Shown one piece after another: positions 1 to 9,900 of a stretch of DNA of 64,000 bases. The notes under the pieces are model-generated. The model was not told the DNA's origin. It did not search any database and saw only the letters and a program-made list of their open reading frames with translations. Position 1 is the stretch's first letter, and each line of letters opens with the position of its first letter. The stretch is taken from sequence record NC_042098.1. The stretch is one strand, 5' to 3'. The translations under genes and the position numbers were made by a program.

Positions 1-3000
1 TTGCACACCGCCTTTTACCGCTTCAGCAGAATACTGCGCTTGTTTGACTTGTGCCTTCAGGTTATTCAGGTGGTTTTGAACAACAGAGGCATCATCATTA
101 AGTTCACCGGTTGACCACGGCGAGGTCTTAATGGTCCAAACAGAGATCGCATTCACGCCATCGCTGTATTTGGCATTGGTCATCGCTGTCGCTGCAGCGA
201 ACTTCAACTCAGGTGGCATCTTCGGTACAGCAAGCGTCGGTCGACTGTCTCCGGTCTGGGTATAGACCGTGCTGGCAAACGCTAAGTACGCCGGTAAGAA
301 GCGACGAGTAAACCATGGCTCCCATGATTTGTAAGACCACTGGTTGGATGGACTCAAGCCAAAGCTTGCAGCAACAACCCGGTAGATGTCTGAGGCTTTA
401 CCGTCAAACGTCGCACCATTATCTGCAAACTTGATCTTGTTCGCCATCACCAGTTCCAACTGCAGGAGTGTCGACACACGATCAACATCCAACGTTGGCA
501 GGCCATACACTTTCATACGCAGCGCAGTGAGATCATCCATCGGCTGACCGGCTTTAGGCAGTAAGCCACCTAAGAGATCCCCGGCACTGACCACAGTACG
601 ATCACCGGTAAACCACGACGACTCTTTATGGCCAACCGTTTTCAGCTCAGGGATATCACCATTTGGATTAATGGCTTTGACCATGTCACTGCTGAGTTCA
701 CGGCTGGAGGCAACCTTATCCATCCCGGTTGCAAAGACCGACGCTGATTTCCCTGTGGTCATCTTCTGAGCTTTGTTGCGCAGACGATCTAGCACATCTT
801 TTACCAGCGCTTCGGTCTGTTTGCGATCAGTTGCATTCAGATCCGGGAAGATACGGCCGGTAAACATGTACGGGTGATCAGATGACTCATCGAACTGTTG
901 TGCGCGTTTGGCGATCTCGTACTTCGCAGCTTCATCCGTCGACTTATCCAGATCCATGAAGGCCTGGCTTGGGAGGACTTGTTTCGCCACAGCTTTGTGG
1001 GTCAGGTAAACCGGCTTGAAGCGATGCAAGAACCAACCCGCGAATTGCTCCACTTGATCACGGTCATTCGGGTCATCAACAAACAATGAACCGAGTTGTG
1101 CGATTGGGGCTTTCGGGTCGAGTGAGGCATAGCCATCATCGGTGGTTTTGACATACGGCTCTAACGCTGCTTCCAACTTCAGGATGGCCGAGACATGACT
1201 GGAGTCATTATCCGGGACACCATACTGACGCAGGCGCATCTGCTGCAGTAAGCCCGGGTCATTAAACCAGGTGTATAAAGAACGACCGATAGCGCCGCCC
1301 CCTAATGCACCAATGGCCCCGCCAGCAATAGCACCGATGGCTGTACCAACAACTGGCACGACTGAACCGATAGCGGCACCCATCGCTGCACCACCCAGAA
1401 TACCACCAACACCGGAGCCAGCTGCTTCTGCCACACCTGCGTTATCACCTGCCTTGTACGAATCCCACGCTTCCAGTGCTGAGACCCCGGCTGTGACAAT
1501 TCCGCCACCTTTGACCAGTAGCTTCAGGTTACCGGCAACACCACGACCCAACATACCGCCTGTACGACCAACGATACCTCGGCCGAGACCACGGACACCA
1601 CGGGCAGCTTTGCCGGCTAAACGACGGATCAATCCACCACGTGGACGAGGGCCACCGCCACCGTCACCACCGCGGTTACGACGACCACCCCGACGCCTGC
1701 GACGCCTGCGACCGCCTTCCTCTTCACCGCCCTCATCATCATCACCGAGCGCATCGCTGAGTTCATCCATGACGCCTTTGCCGCCGGAGATCACACTACC
1801 GATCCCTTTGACAATATCACCGATCCAACCCAGCCCTAAGAACTTGGCCAGCCCACCGAGGATACCGAACTCCTTGATACCGGAGACCAGACCAGTAACG
1901 GAGGAGAACAACCCTGCCACCAATCCAAACAGTGTGGTGGGTTTCTCCTTGTCTTTGGCGTGGTCATCAGAGTCATGTGCGTGTTGGGCTTCTTCACGTT
2001 CTTTCTTCTGTTGAGCACGACGACGAATCAGATCAGCAACCGAGTTATTGCGCACCCCATCGTGATCCGGGTCACTGGCATCTTCCCGTTTCTTATCACG
2101 CAACATCCGCCATAAGCCACGAGTCGCTTTGAAGCCTAATACTGCCGGCATGACAGTAGTCCACTTCGCAACAGTCAAGACAGGGCTGTTGATGTTCGGT
2201 AAGCTTTTGAAGACTTTACGAATCAACCCAGATGACTTGCCTTGGTTACTCATCCGACCCGACAGTTTACGCAACCACCCCTGACGCTCATTCACCGAAT
2301 CCTTCATAATGTCAGGATCACCGGTCACTTGCGCAATGGTGGCATCTTTGGTCGCTGTTACGCTATCACGCACAGAGGCCAGGACACCGATGGTTTCACG
2401 CAGCAAGGCATTGTTATCAAGTTGGGCCTGTACAATCGCTGCCGTCTCTGAGGCACTGCCCGCATCCGGTGCAGTAATCCCTTCAGAAGGTAAGCGAGTG
2501 CGTGAAGCCCGATCCGCCGTACCGTCATTGAACACACCAGAGGAGCGTACGACTTCTGCTTCCTGAGCAATCTCTGAAGCTGCCTCTTCTACAGCTTGAC
2601 GACCAAAGCGACGTTGCAGTTCGGTGGTGGCATTACGCAACGCTTCCTTGCCACTGGATGCCGCATTCAACAGCGCTTGTTTCACCGCACTGGTGTCTGG
2701 ACGGACTGAGTTGATCTTGCCAAACAAGTTACTGGCGCTTTCACCCATGTTACGCAATGAATCACCCAGACCGCCACTACCGCCTGCAGCGCCTGCCGCA
2801 GCCGCGCCACCAAAGCCGTTTACTCGATCGCGCAGACTTTGGCCAAGGCTATTATCCAAACGACGAGCAATACGATTAACAGCAACCTCCCCATATCGCG
2901 CACGAAGCTGCTGAAGCACCACTTGATAATATTCCGGACTGTTAGCTCGGGCTTGGGAAAGTTGTGCACGGATCTCCTCCTCTTGTTCACGGGTGAGTCG

Positions 3001-5238
3001 ACCCCGCAGGTTGCCCAGACTGTCTGTTACGCCACGACGCAGGTTATCCAGCGTCTCACGCCCCATCTCACCAAGTTCTGCTCCAGGGTTAACATTACTG
3101 CCGCGTTCATTGGAATCTTCCCCTTCACGATCAGGACGATAGTTCGGGTTAGCAATGAACTTCTGCATCATCTCCCAGTACATCTCGTGGTTAAAGACAT
3201 CCTGGCCATTAACCCGTTTGATGACGCCCATGTCTTTGAGCTGTGCCCGACTACCACTGTTGGCCATGGTATTCAGTGACTGCTCGACATTCGGCATATA
3301 CTGCGACTGGGCCTGCATAACGTTAGACAGGTTGTTACGCATCTGTGCCAGTTCGGGTGCATCGCCAATCTGATAATCACCAAAGGCTTTGGCCCGACCG
3401 GTTGCTTCCCGAGTGTCGAAACGTTTGTGCAAGAACTCATTGATCTCCTGCACTGCTTCTTTATTGGCATTGCCCCAGCCACTGGACTTCAAGTAGGTGT
3501 TGACGTTGAAGCCATCACCCGCTTCAGCATCCCGGGCAAAACGCATCGCTAATGCCACACGGGCATTGGGTGAGAGCTCCTGGTCGGGGTCGAGGGTTTC
3601 CACCATGGTATTGAAGGAACCTGCGGCCGAGGAGAACTCATTGCGATTAAAGATCGACGAACGCAGATCGACGTTCGCCCGTTTCTTGGAAGTGAAGCCA
3701 CCCTGGATGTGGTTGAAGTGCACTTCCGACACCGACCCGACATCAGCTTCCAGTTTATTGGCAATCGCCGTTTGCTGGGCGAGTTGTTTAGTCAGTAAGC
3801 CTGGAATCACCTCCACCAATGAACGCCGTGACATCTGATCCCAGACAGCCGGTTCAGTCAGGTCTTTCACGCCAGGGTTGTGCAACCGAGTACGGTTACC
3901 CATGGAGGCTGGTAATTGAAAGAGGGCGTTATTCAGGAAGGGGTTGACGACGCGCTTTTGTAACCGCGTGTGCCATTTATTCCCCTCGGCATTCGGATCG
4001 AAGTTCTCATCAAACGACTGACGGTTACGTAACCAGCCATTGATCAGACCCGGTGCCGCATTTGAGTAATAGCTTAAGTCATGGCCCATGCGGTTCAGAC
4101 CCGGGTTACGCGACAGTGCAGGACGGGCTAAAGAGGAAAGCATCATCGGCAACATACCGACCAGTCCTTGACCCGCCATCTGTCCGTAGTCACGGGCACC
4201 AAGCGAGCGCCCCATCATGCGGGCCTGTTGTGCACCCATCATGGCAGCACGAGCAGCAGCAATGCCACCCGAGGCGCGGTGGTTCATATCCTGGCTACGC
4301 TGATCCACCATGTTAAAGACGTTGTCAAACAGCCGGTTACCGAATTGCGAGACTGTGCCGCCTAACCCACCCAGTGCACGTTTACGAATCAACTCACGGG
4401 CCGAGGTAGAATGACTCATCTTTTCAAAGTCAGTTAAGCCGGTGTTCTTCACCAGACTTGACATGGCATCCAGACTGCGTTTGTAGAAACGTTCTTGCAT
4501 CTTGCCAATTGACAACTGCAGTTTATACGAACGGTACTGGAGCTCTAATGACTTGCGCTGGTAGTTGGCAGTGAACTGCTCATTAAAGCCAACGGTACGG
4601 GCTGTGAGGCGATGGATGCCTTGCATGAAGGCTAGACTGTCTGCAGAGACGCTCGCCTGTCTGGTGGCGACTGCGGCGGTCTGTGCCATGCTCTCTTTAT
4701 GCAGGGCCACAGCCAGCTGACTCGACTGCAGCGTAGCCTGCTGTAGCATGGTGACGTAGTCGTCGTTCTCGTTACCGGTTGACCCGTCATCCAGACCGGG
4801 GTCAGCGGGCTTGGTGCTGGAGACCGAATAATCGATGTCTTTATTCTCAGCCCAGACTTCAATTTGCTTTAAGACCTTCTCCGGCAATTTCCCACCGTAC
4901 ATCGATAATGCATCGAGGGTTAGGTCTTTGATGTCATTGACAGAGTTACGGGTATTACTTTTAACTTTATCGTATAGGTCATCTTTGAATCTTGCTGCGC
5001 GATCTTTTGCATCAAACGCAGGCGAAAACGATGCGGGTAACAAAGAGCGAATGATACGCTGAGGAGTGCCTTTAGTGAACACTTCCTCTTTGGCACCAGT
5101 CCAAAGGCCTGCGGCGAACTCACGAATCGCCCCGCCTTTACCCTTCTTCTTCGTACTTGCATCGTCACCGAAATCGAAGTCAAAGTCCAGGTCAAGGTCA
5201 CCCAGATCTTCGTACTCGACTTTGACATTCTCGGCCAT
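1..5238 (-). CDS. Tape-measure / tail-associated lysin protein (phiKZ gp181-like), N-terminal part; runs off the left edge
   Basis: ATG at 5238 (MAENVKVEYEDLGDLDLDFDFDFGDD...). The frame was open in every segment I translated, down to base 1, and the ORF track missed it because its stop is outside the window. Helical and Ala/Gly-rich, with a Gly-zipper segment (GSGVGGILGGAAMGAAIGSVVPVVGTAIGAIAGAIGALGGGAIG). Divergent from the vRNAP beta' gene, as gp181/gp180 are in phiKZ. Confidence 0.85.
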   Translation of the reverse strand, partial: MAENVKVEYEDLGDLDLDFDFDFGDDASTKKKGKGGAIREFAAGLWTGAKEEVFTKGTPQRIIRSLLPASFSPAFDAKDRAARFKDDLYDKVKSNTRNSVNDIKDLTLDALSMYGGKLPEKVLKQIEVWAENKDIDYSVSSTKPADPGLDDGSTGNENDDYVTMLQQATLQSSQLAVALHKESMAQTAAVATRQASVSADSLAFMQGIHRLTARTVGFNEQFTANYQRKSLELQYRSYKLQLSIGKMQERFYKRSLDAMSSLVKNTGLTDFEKMSHSTSARELIRKRALGGLGGTVSQFGNRLFDNVFNMVDQRSQDMNHRASGGIAAARAAMMGAQQARMMGRSLGARDYGQMAGQGLVGMLPMMLSSLARPALSRNPGLNRMGHDLSYYSNAAPGLINGWLRNRQSFDENFDPNAEGNKWHTRLQKRVVNPFLNNALFQLPASMGNRTRLHNPGVKDLTEPAVWDQMSRRSLVEVIPGLLTKQLAQQTAIANKLEADVGSVSEVHFNHIQGGFTSKKRANVDLRSSIFNRNEFSSAAGSFNTMVETLDPDQELSPNARVALAMRFARDAEAGDGFNVNTYLKSSGWGNANKEAVQEINEFLHKRFDTREATGRAKAFGDYQIGDAPELAQMRNNLSNVMQAQSQYMPNVEQSLNTMANSGSRAQLKDMGVIKRVNGQDVFNHEMYWEMMQKFIANPNYRPDREGEDSNERGSNVNPGAELGEMGRETLDNLRRGVTDSLGNLRGRLTREQEEEIRAQLSQARANSPEYYQVVLQQLRARYGEVAVNRIARRLDNSLGQSLRDRVNGFGGAAAAGAAGGSGGLGDSLRNMGESASNLFGKINSVRPDTSAVKQALLNAASSGKEALRNATTELQRRFGRQAVEEAASEIAQEAEVVRSSGVFNDGTADRASRTRLPSEGITAPDAGSASETAAIVQAQLDNNALLRETIGVLASVRDSVTATKDATIAQVTGDPDIMKDSVNERQGWLRKLSGRMSNQGKSSGLIRKVFKSLPNINSPVLTVAKWTTVMPAVLGFKATRGLWRMLRDKKREDASDPDHDGVRNNSVADLIRRRAQQKKEREEAQHAHDSDDHAKDKEKPTTLFGLVAGLFSSVTGLVSGIKEFGILGGLAKFLGLGWIGDIVKGIGSVISGGKGVMDELSDALGDDDEGGEEEGGRRRRRRRGGRRNRGGDGGGGPRPRGGLIRRLAGKAARGVRGLGRGIVGRTGGMLGRGVAGNLKLLVKGGGIVTAGVSALEAWDSYKAGDNAGVAEAAGSGVGGILGGAAMGAAIGSVVPVVGTAIGAIAGGAIGALGGGAIGRSLYTWFNDPGLLQQMRLRQYGVPDNDSSHVSAILKLEAALEPYVKTTDDGYASLDPKAPIAQLGSLFVDDPNDRDQVEQFAGWFLHRFKPVYLTHKAVAKQVLPSQAFMDLDKSTDEAAKYEIAKRAQQFDESSDHPYMFTGRIFPDLNATDRKQTEALVKDVLDRLRNKAQKMTTGKSASVFATGMDKVASSRELSSDMVKAINPNGDIPELKTVGHKESSWFTGDRTVVSAGDLLGGLLPKAGQPMDDLTALRMKVYGLPTLDVDRVSTLLQLELVMANKIKFADNGATFDGKASDIYRVVAASFGLSPSNQWSYKSWEPWFTRRFLPAYLAFASTVYTQTGDSRPTLAVPKMPPELKFAAATAMTNAKYSDGVNAISVWTIKTSPWSTGELNDDASVVQNHLNNLKAQVKQAQYSAEAVKGGVQ

Positions 5239-5280
5239 GTTAACACCTTTATCAAGTTGCTGCTAAAAGGATCACTCATC

Positions 5281-6897
5281 ATGCGGTCAGCATTACTACC
5301 TTTTAACATTAAGATTACTGACTCCAAGCAGATCCCCTGGAGAATGATGCGACCCGTTACGTCGCTCGATATTTACGACGGCCTAACCACTGAGCTGAAC
5401 GATAACGGTCTGTACTCAATTCCCATTTTTGGACGCGTTGGATCGGAAGAACGTGATGAGCGATTTAGCTACATCCACATCAAGTGCGCCGTGTTCCATC
5501 CTGATATCTTCCGGGCACTGACTGCATTAAAGCAGATGTACGCAGGGATTCTCTCCGGTAACGTGTACGCGACATGGAGCGAGGAAGAGAAGGACTTCAT
5601 AAAATCTACCCCGCTTGATGGCGACACCGGTTTTTCCTTCTTTGTTAAACATTGGAAAAGCATAGAATTTAAGCAGACTGGCTCGCCGGCCCGTAGCGAC
5701 AAGATCGCCCTGGTCGAGAAGTTCAAGGATGTGGCCCTCTATCGTAACATCCTGGTCTCACCAGCAGGTATCCGTGAAATCCAGATTGATGAGCGCGGGC
5801 GCACCATCGAGAACGAAGTCAACTCCCTGTACCGTAAGTTATTGTCAGCCGCGAACACCATCACTGATGATCCTTCTGCCGCCGATACCTCACTGTATGA
5901 CTCGGTGCGTTGGTCATTACAGAACCGCTTCAATGAGATCTACAAAAGTTACGCGGACATGCTGGAAGGTAAACGCGGGATCTTACAACAGAAGTGGGGT
6001 CGTCGTCGTATCTTCAACGGCACCCGAAACGTCATCACGGCCGCCCCTATCGGTACAGCCACACTCGGTGCGTTAAACTCCCCGCACATGAATGACACCC
6101 AGATCGGTCTGCATGAACTGGCCCGTGGTGCATTGCCGTTAACCATCCATGGTTTATTGAATGGTTGGCTGAAGCATGTCTTTAATGACGGGACGCGGAT
6201 TCAGGTCATCAACCCGAAGACCCTGAAACAGGAGTCGGTGGAAGTCGACATCCCGACCGTCACCAAGTGGACAACCCAGGAAGGCCTGGAGAAGCTTATC
6301 GCGGGCTTTAAAGATGTGACGTTGCGTAACAAGCCGATCACCATCCAAGGCCGCTACATCGGTTTGGTGTACGCTGACAACGATCATTTCCGGGTGTTCG
6401 GGGATATCGATGAATTACCTGCTTCGTTTAATCGCGAGCTGGTTCATCCGATGACCTACACCGAGTTACTGTACCTGTGTTTGTACCAACGCTGGAACAC
6501 TCTTTATATGCTGGTTACTCGTTACCCCATTACGGGTATGGGGTCGGTATATCAGACCAAAGCGTTTGTGCGCACAACCATCAAATCCAGCGTGAAGATC
6601 GAACTCGATGCCGAATGGAAACCCATTCCTGGCGCGTACGCTACCGCCTTCCCGATTCACGATCGCTTTGCTGAGTTCATGGATTCGCTTTCAGTTCACC
6701 CCAGTCGCCTTGGCTTGCTCGGTGGTGACTACGACGGCGACACCATGTCAGCAACCATCCTGCTCGGTGATGATGTCCTGCGGGAATGTGCGATGCTGCT
6801 CTCACGGCGTGAATCGTACATTACCGGACGCGGCGAGTTCTTGATCGATGTCACCAATGAAACCTTGGACTTTACCCTCAAGGCGCTGACTTCTTAA
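5281..6897 (+). CDS. Virion RNA polymerase beta' subunit, catalytic part (phiKZ gp180-like)
   Basis: N-terminal GLYSIPIFG; LEGKRGILQQKWGRRRIFNGTRNVIT (beta' GKxGR...R.VI region); catalytic GGDYDGD. Likely start is the ATG at 5281 (track start 5257). Confidence 0.92.
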   Translation: MRSALLPFNIKITDSKQIPWRMMRPVTSLDIYDGLTTELNDNGLYSIPIFGRVGSEERDERFSYIHIKCAVFHPDIFRALTALKQMYAGILSGNVYATWSEEEKDFIKSTPLDGDTGFSFFVKHWKSIEFKQTGSPARSDKIALVEKFKDVALYRNILVSPAGIREIQIDERGRTIENEVNSLYRKLLSAANTITDDPSAADTSLYDSVRWSLQNRFNEIYKSYADMLEGKRGILQQKWGRRRIFNGTRNVITAAPIGTATLGALNSPHMNDTQIGLHELARGALPLTIHGLLNGWLKHVFNDGTRIQVINPKTLKQESVEVDIPTVTKWTTQEGLEKLIAGFKDVTLRNKPITIQGRYIGLVYADNDHFRVFGDIDELPASFNRELVHPMTYTELLYLCLYQRWNTLYMLVTRYPITGMGSVYQTKAFVRTTIKSSVKIELDAEWKPIPGAYATAFPIHDRFAEFMDSLSVHPSRLGLLGGDYDGDTMSATILLGDDVLRECAMLLSRRESYITGRGEFLIDVTNETLDFTLKALTS

Positions 6898-6908
6898 TAA
6901 GGTGTCCC

Positions 6909-9900
6909 ATGATTCTTTATAATGCTTTCTTCCGTCGAACTGTAGTGCGCAAGAAAGAACAGATCTTTGGCCCGCGGTTCTTGCAACTGTCACAGTTTGA
7001 ATTACCCCGTGGGTCATTGCTTCATTATATCCCAACGGATCTGACTGAACAGGGGATTGAGAACAACGACCTGTTGATCAACCGTTACAGTGATGACATC
7101 TATATCGACCACGTACCACAGATCCAAACGCCGTTGGGTAACCCGCAGCGTAAACCGATCTCCCTGATGCCTGCGATCAAGCGTTATCACAACACCCACC
7201 GTCGCTTTAAGCTGGTGCGTAACATCAACTCCGTGATCCGCAACAAGCTGTACATGATCGTGGAGAACTACGCCATTGCACAGCATCAGTTGGTGTATCG
7301 TCCGGCCATGTATTCCAACTACTACCGTTGGTACAACATGCAGTACACGGTGATGCACAACATGACCCGGCTGCAAGGTGAGTCAGATCGCAACCAGTTT
7401 GTCTATCTGCCGATTCCTGCTTCGCTGCCACAGCTGGCCCAGCTGAAGATCTACGAAGAGCGTCTGTCTGCAGGCCTGGATAAAGTCAGTAATGGCACCG
7501 GACTTGAGAACTTCGATGACCTCAGTGCCGAAGCACGCATTGGTTACGCCATGGAAGCCATGCTGGAATACCAGGACACGGCGGACCTGAGTCAACCAAT
7601 GGCCCGTGACCAGGCGATGGCTTTCCAGACCCTGGTGATGAACGCCACCAATGACACAGTGAACCTGGCACAACGTATTCCCGGTTACTACAACGGCGAT
7701 GCAGGTTCCGTGCTGCGGGTCGGGATGGAAGCGTTGGGTGCGTATGCCTCGAAGGTGATGAACTTCACCCCACAGCTGTCCATGGCGGTGATGAACCGTT
7801 TACGTACGCCGGCGGATTACTGGTTCATTCACTTCTGGATGTGGCTCGGTAATCAACGCGAAGCCTCGCTGTTCAGTATGCTTGACCACGACAAGCTCGA
7901 TAAGATCCACTTGGTGCTGGGTAACGTTGGTGCGTACTCCGTCATCCGTTTGGATATTCTCGATCAGTGGCGTACTGAGATCTTAAGCAAGACCTCAAAC
8001 CCTGAAACCGCGGTGCAGAACTTCCGTAAACATATCCTGAAGTTCTTGACCCGTCTGTTTGATGTGAAGAACGGTAACGAACTGGTCATTGAACATCTTG
8101 ATGATGGAGCGGATGCACATGAGGTCGGTGAAGAAGGTCAGGAGATTGCGCCGGAGCAGGGCAGTGTGGTTCCGCCAACAGCAGACACCGGACTATTCGG
8201 TACTGAGCTTCCAACCCTGGACGACCCCGCCCCTGTCGTTGCGCCTAGCACTAAGAAGGGAACAAGTAAAGGAAAAGACATTGGTTCTGCTCTGAACGAC
8301 GAAGAGCCGATCGATGCCGTTGACCTCTACGAAACCCGCACTTTAGCCGATGACATCGATGACGATGAGTTTAACCACGACACTGAGAGCCGTCGGGGTG
8401 AAGCAGCAGCCTACACCGACATGACCACTAATCCGGAAGACGGGGTGTTGCTCTATCTGGAGCGCCTGAGCGATGCCGGTGTGTTGACGGTGGCGGAATA
8501 CAAACGCTTCCAGCAATTGGCCGTAGCGTATAAGAACATCCCCAATCCCGTGGGCGAAGGGACGTTAGCCGACCTGATGATTATCGACCCGTCAAAGGTC
8601 ACTGACCTCGGTGGTCTCGATGCCCCGGACTCAATCAGTATTATCGATAAGGGCTTACTCAAATCCTCCACCAAGGACTTTGATAAGAACTACATCAAGA
8701 ACCTGATGGAAGCGGATATCCTCAACGCCGTGTTGTCGATTCAGAACTCCGGTGTGGCGATCATCGATTACCAGCGTGAAGAGAAGAAAGACGCCCGCAA
8801 CAGCTACGTGGTTTACAGCGTGCAGGTGCAGCCGGTTGGCGGTAAAGTCACTACCCTGCGTTTTCGTGTCCCGAAGCTGAATGAAGATGGCACCTCAGTG
8901 GTCAATGGCGTGAAATCCCGGCTGCGTAAACAACGTGTGGATATTCCGATTCGTAAAGTCTCTGCCAGCAAAGTCTCATTAACCAGTTACTACGGTAAAC
9001 TGTTTATGGAGCGCTCTGAACTGTCGGTACACAACTACAGCGAATGGTTATCACGGCGTATCAAAGCGCTGGCGATTGCGGATACCCCAGAGATCACCCG
9101 TCTGGTACTGGGTCGCTCCTTTGATCCTAAGGTACGTGTCCCGCACCTGTATGCGATTCTGGCTTCGCAGTTCAAAGGCTTCCAGTATCTCGATTACACC
9201 TTCAACTTTAACCGCCGGGAAATGGTGGCGGTGTTTGGTGAAGAGGTGATTGAGAAATACGCTGAGAACCGTTTTGTGGTCTGTGGCATGATCGAAGACA
9301 GTCCGCTGTTGATGGATGATAACGGTACACTGTATCAAGCCAACAACGACGTGTTGTCAAACCTGGGTGATTTCGAAACCTTAATTGGTCTGGATGTTTC
9401 CAAGGCACCGATCGAAACTGTGGTGTTAGGGGTGTTCCGTCAGAAGGTACCGATTGGAGTTATCCTCGCGTACTACTACGGTCTGGGTGCGATGATTGAG
9501 CAGTTCAATCTGCAGGTGCGTACGGCTAACCGGGGTGAGCGTTATCAGCTGACCAAAGATGAACGGGCGATCTTGTTCAACGATGAAGTGCTGATCTTTA
9601 ACCGTACCGATCGTCTGGGTGCGATGTTACTGAACGGCTTTAACTCGTATGCCAAAGAAGTCAGTCGCTTCTCGCGGTATGACTTTGACCGTAAGTCGGT
9701 TTACCTGAACGTGCTCTCTTCTGCGGGCATGGGTGTGCGGTGGTTACGTGAGTTCGATCTGATGCGTGAGATGTACATCGATCCGATCACGCGTGAAGAA
9801 CTGCTGAAGATGAATGCGCCGGTGAAGTTTGATCTGCTGCTGGTTCATGGCACGAAGATGCTGCTGAATGATCAACACATTCGTGAGACCTCATTCCGTG

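Noticed and set aside
1271-2014. 247-aa Pro-rich + strand ORF (and other + strand ORFs in 898-5266)
   Set aside because: Antisense shadow of the Gly/Ala-rich tape-measure gene on the minus strand; no RBS.
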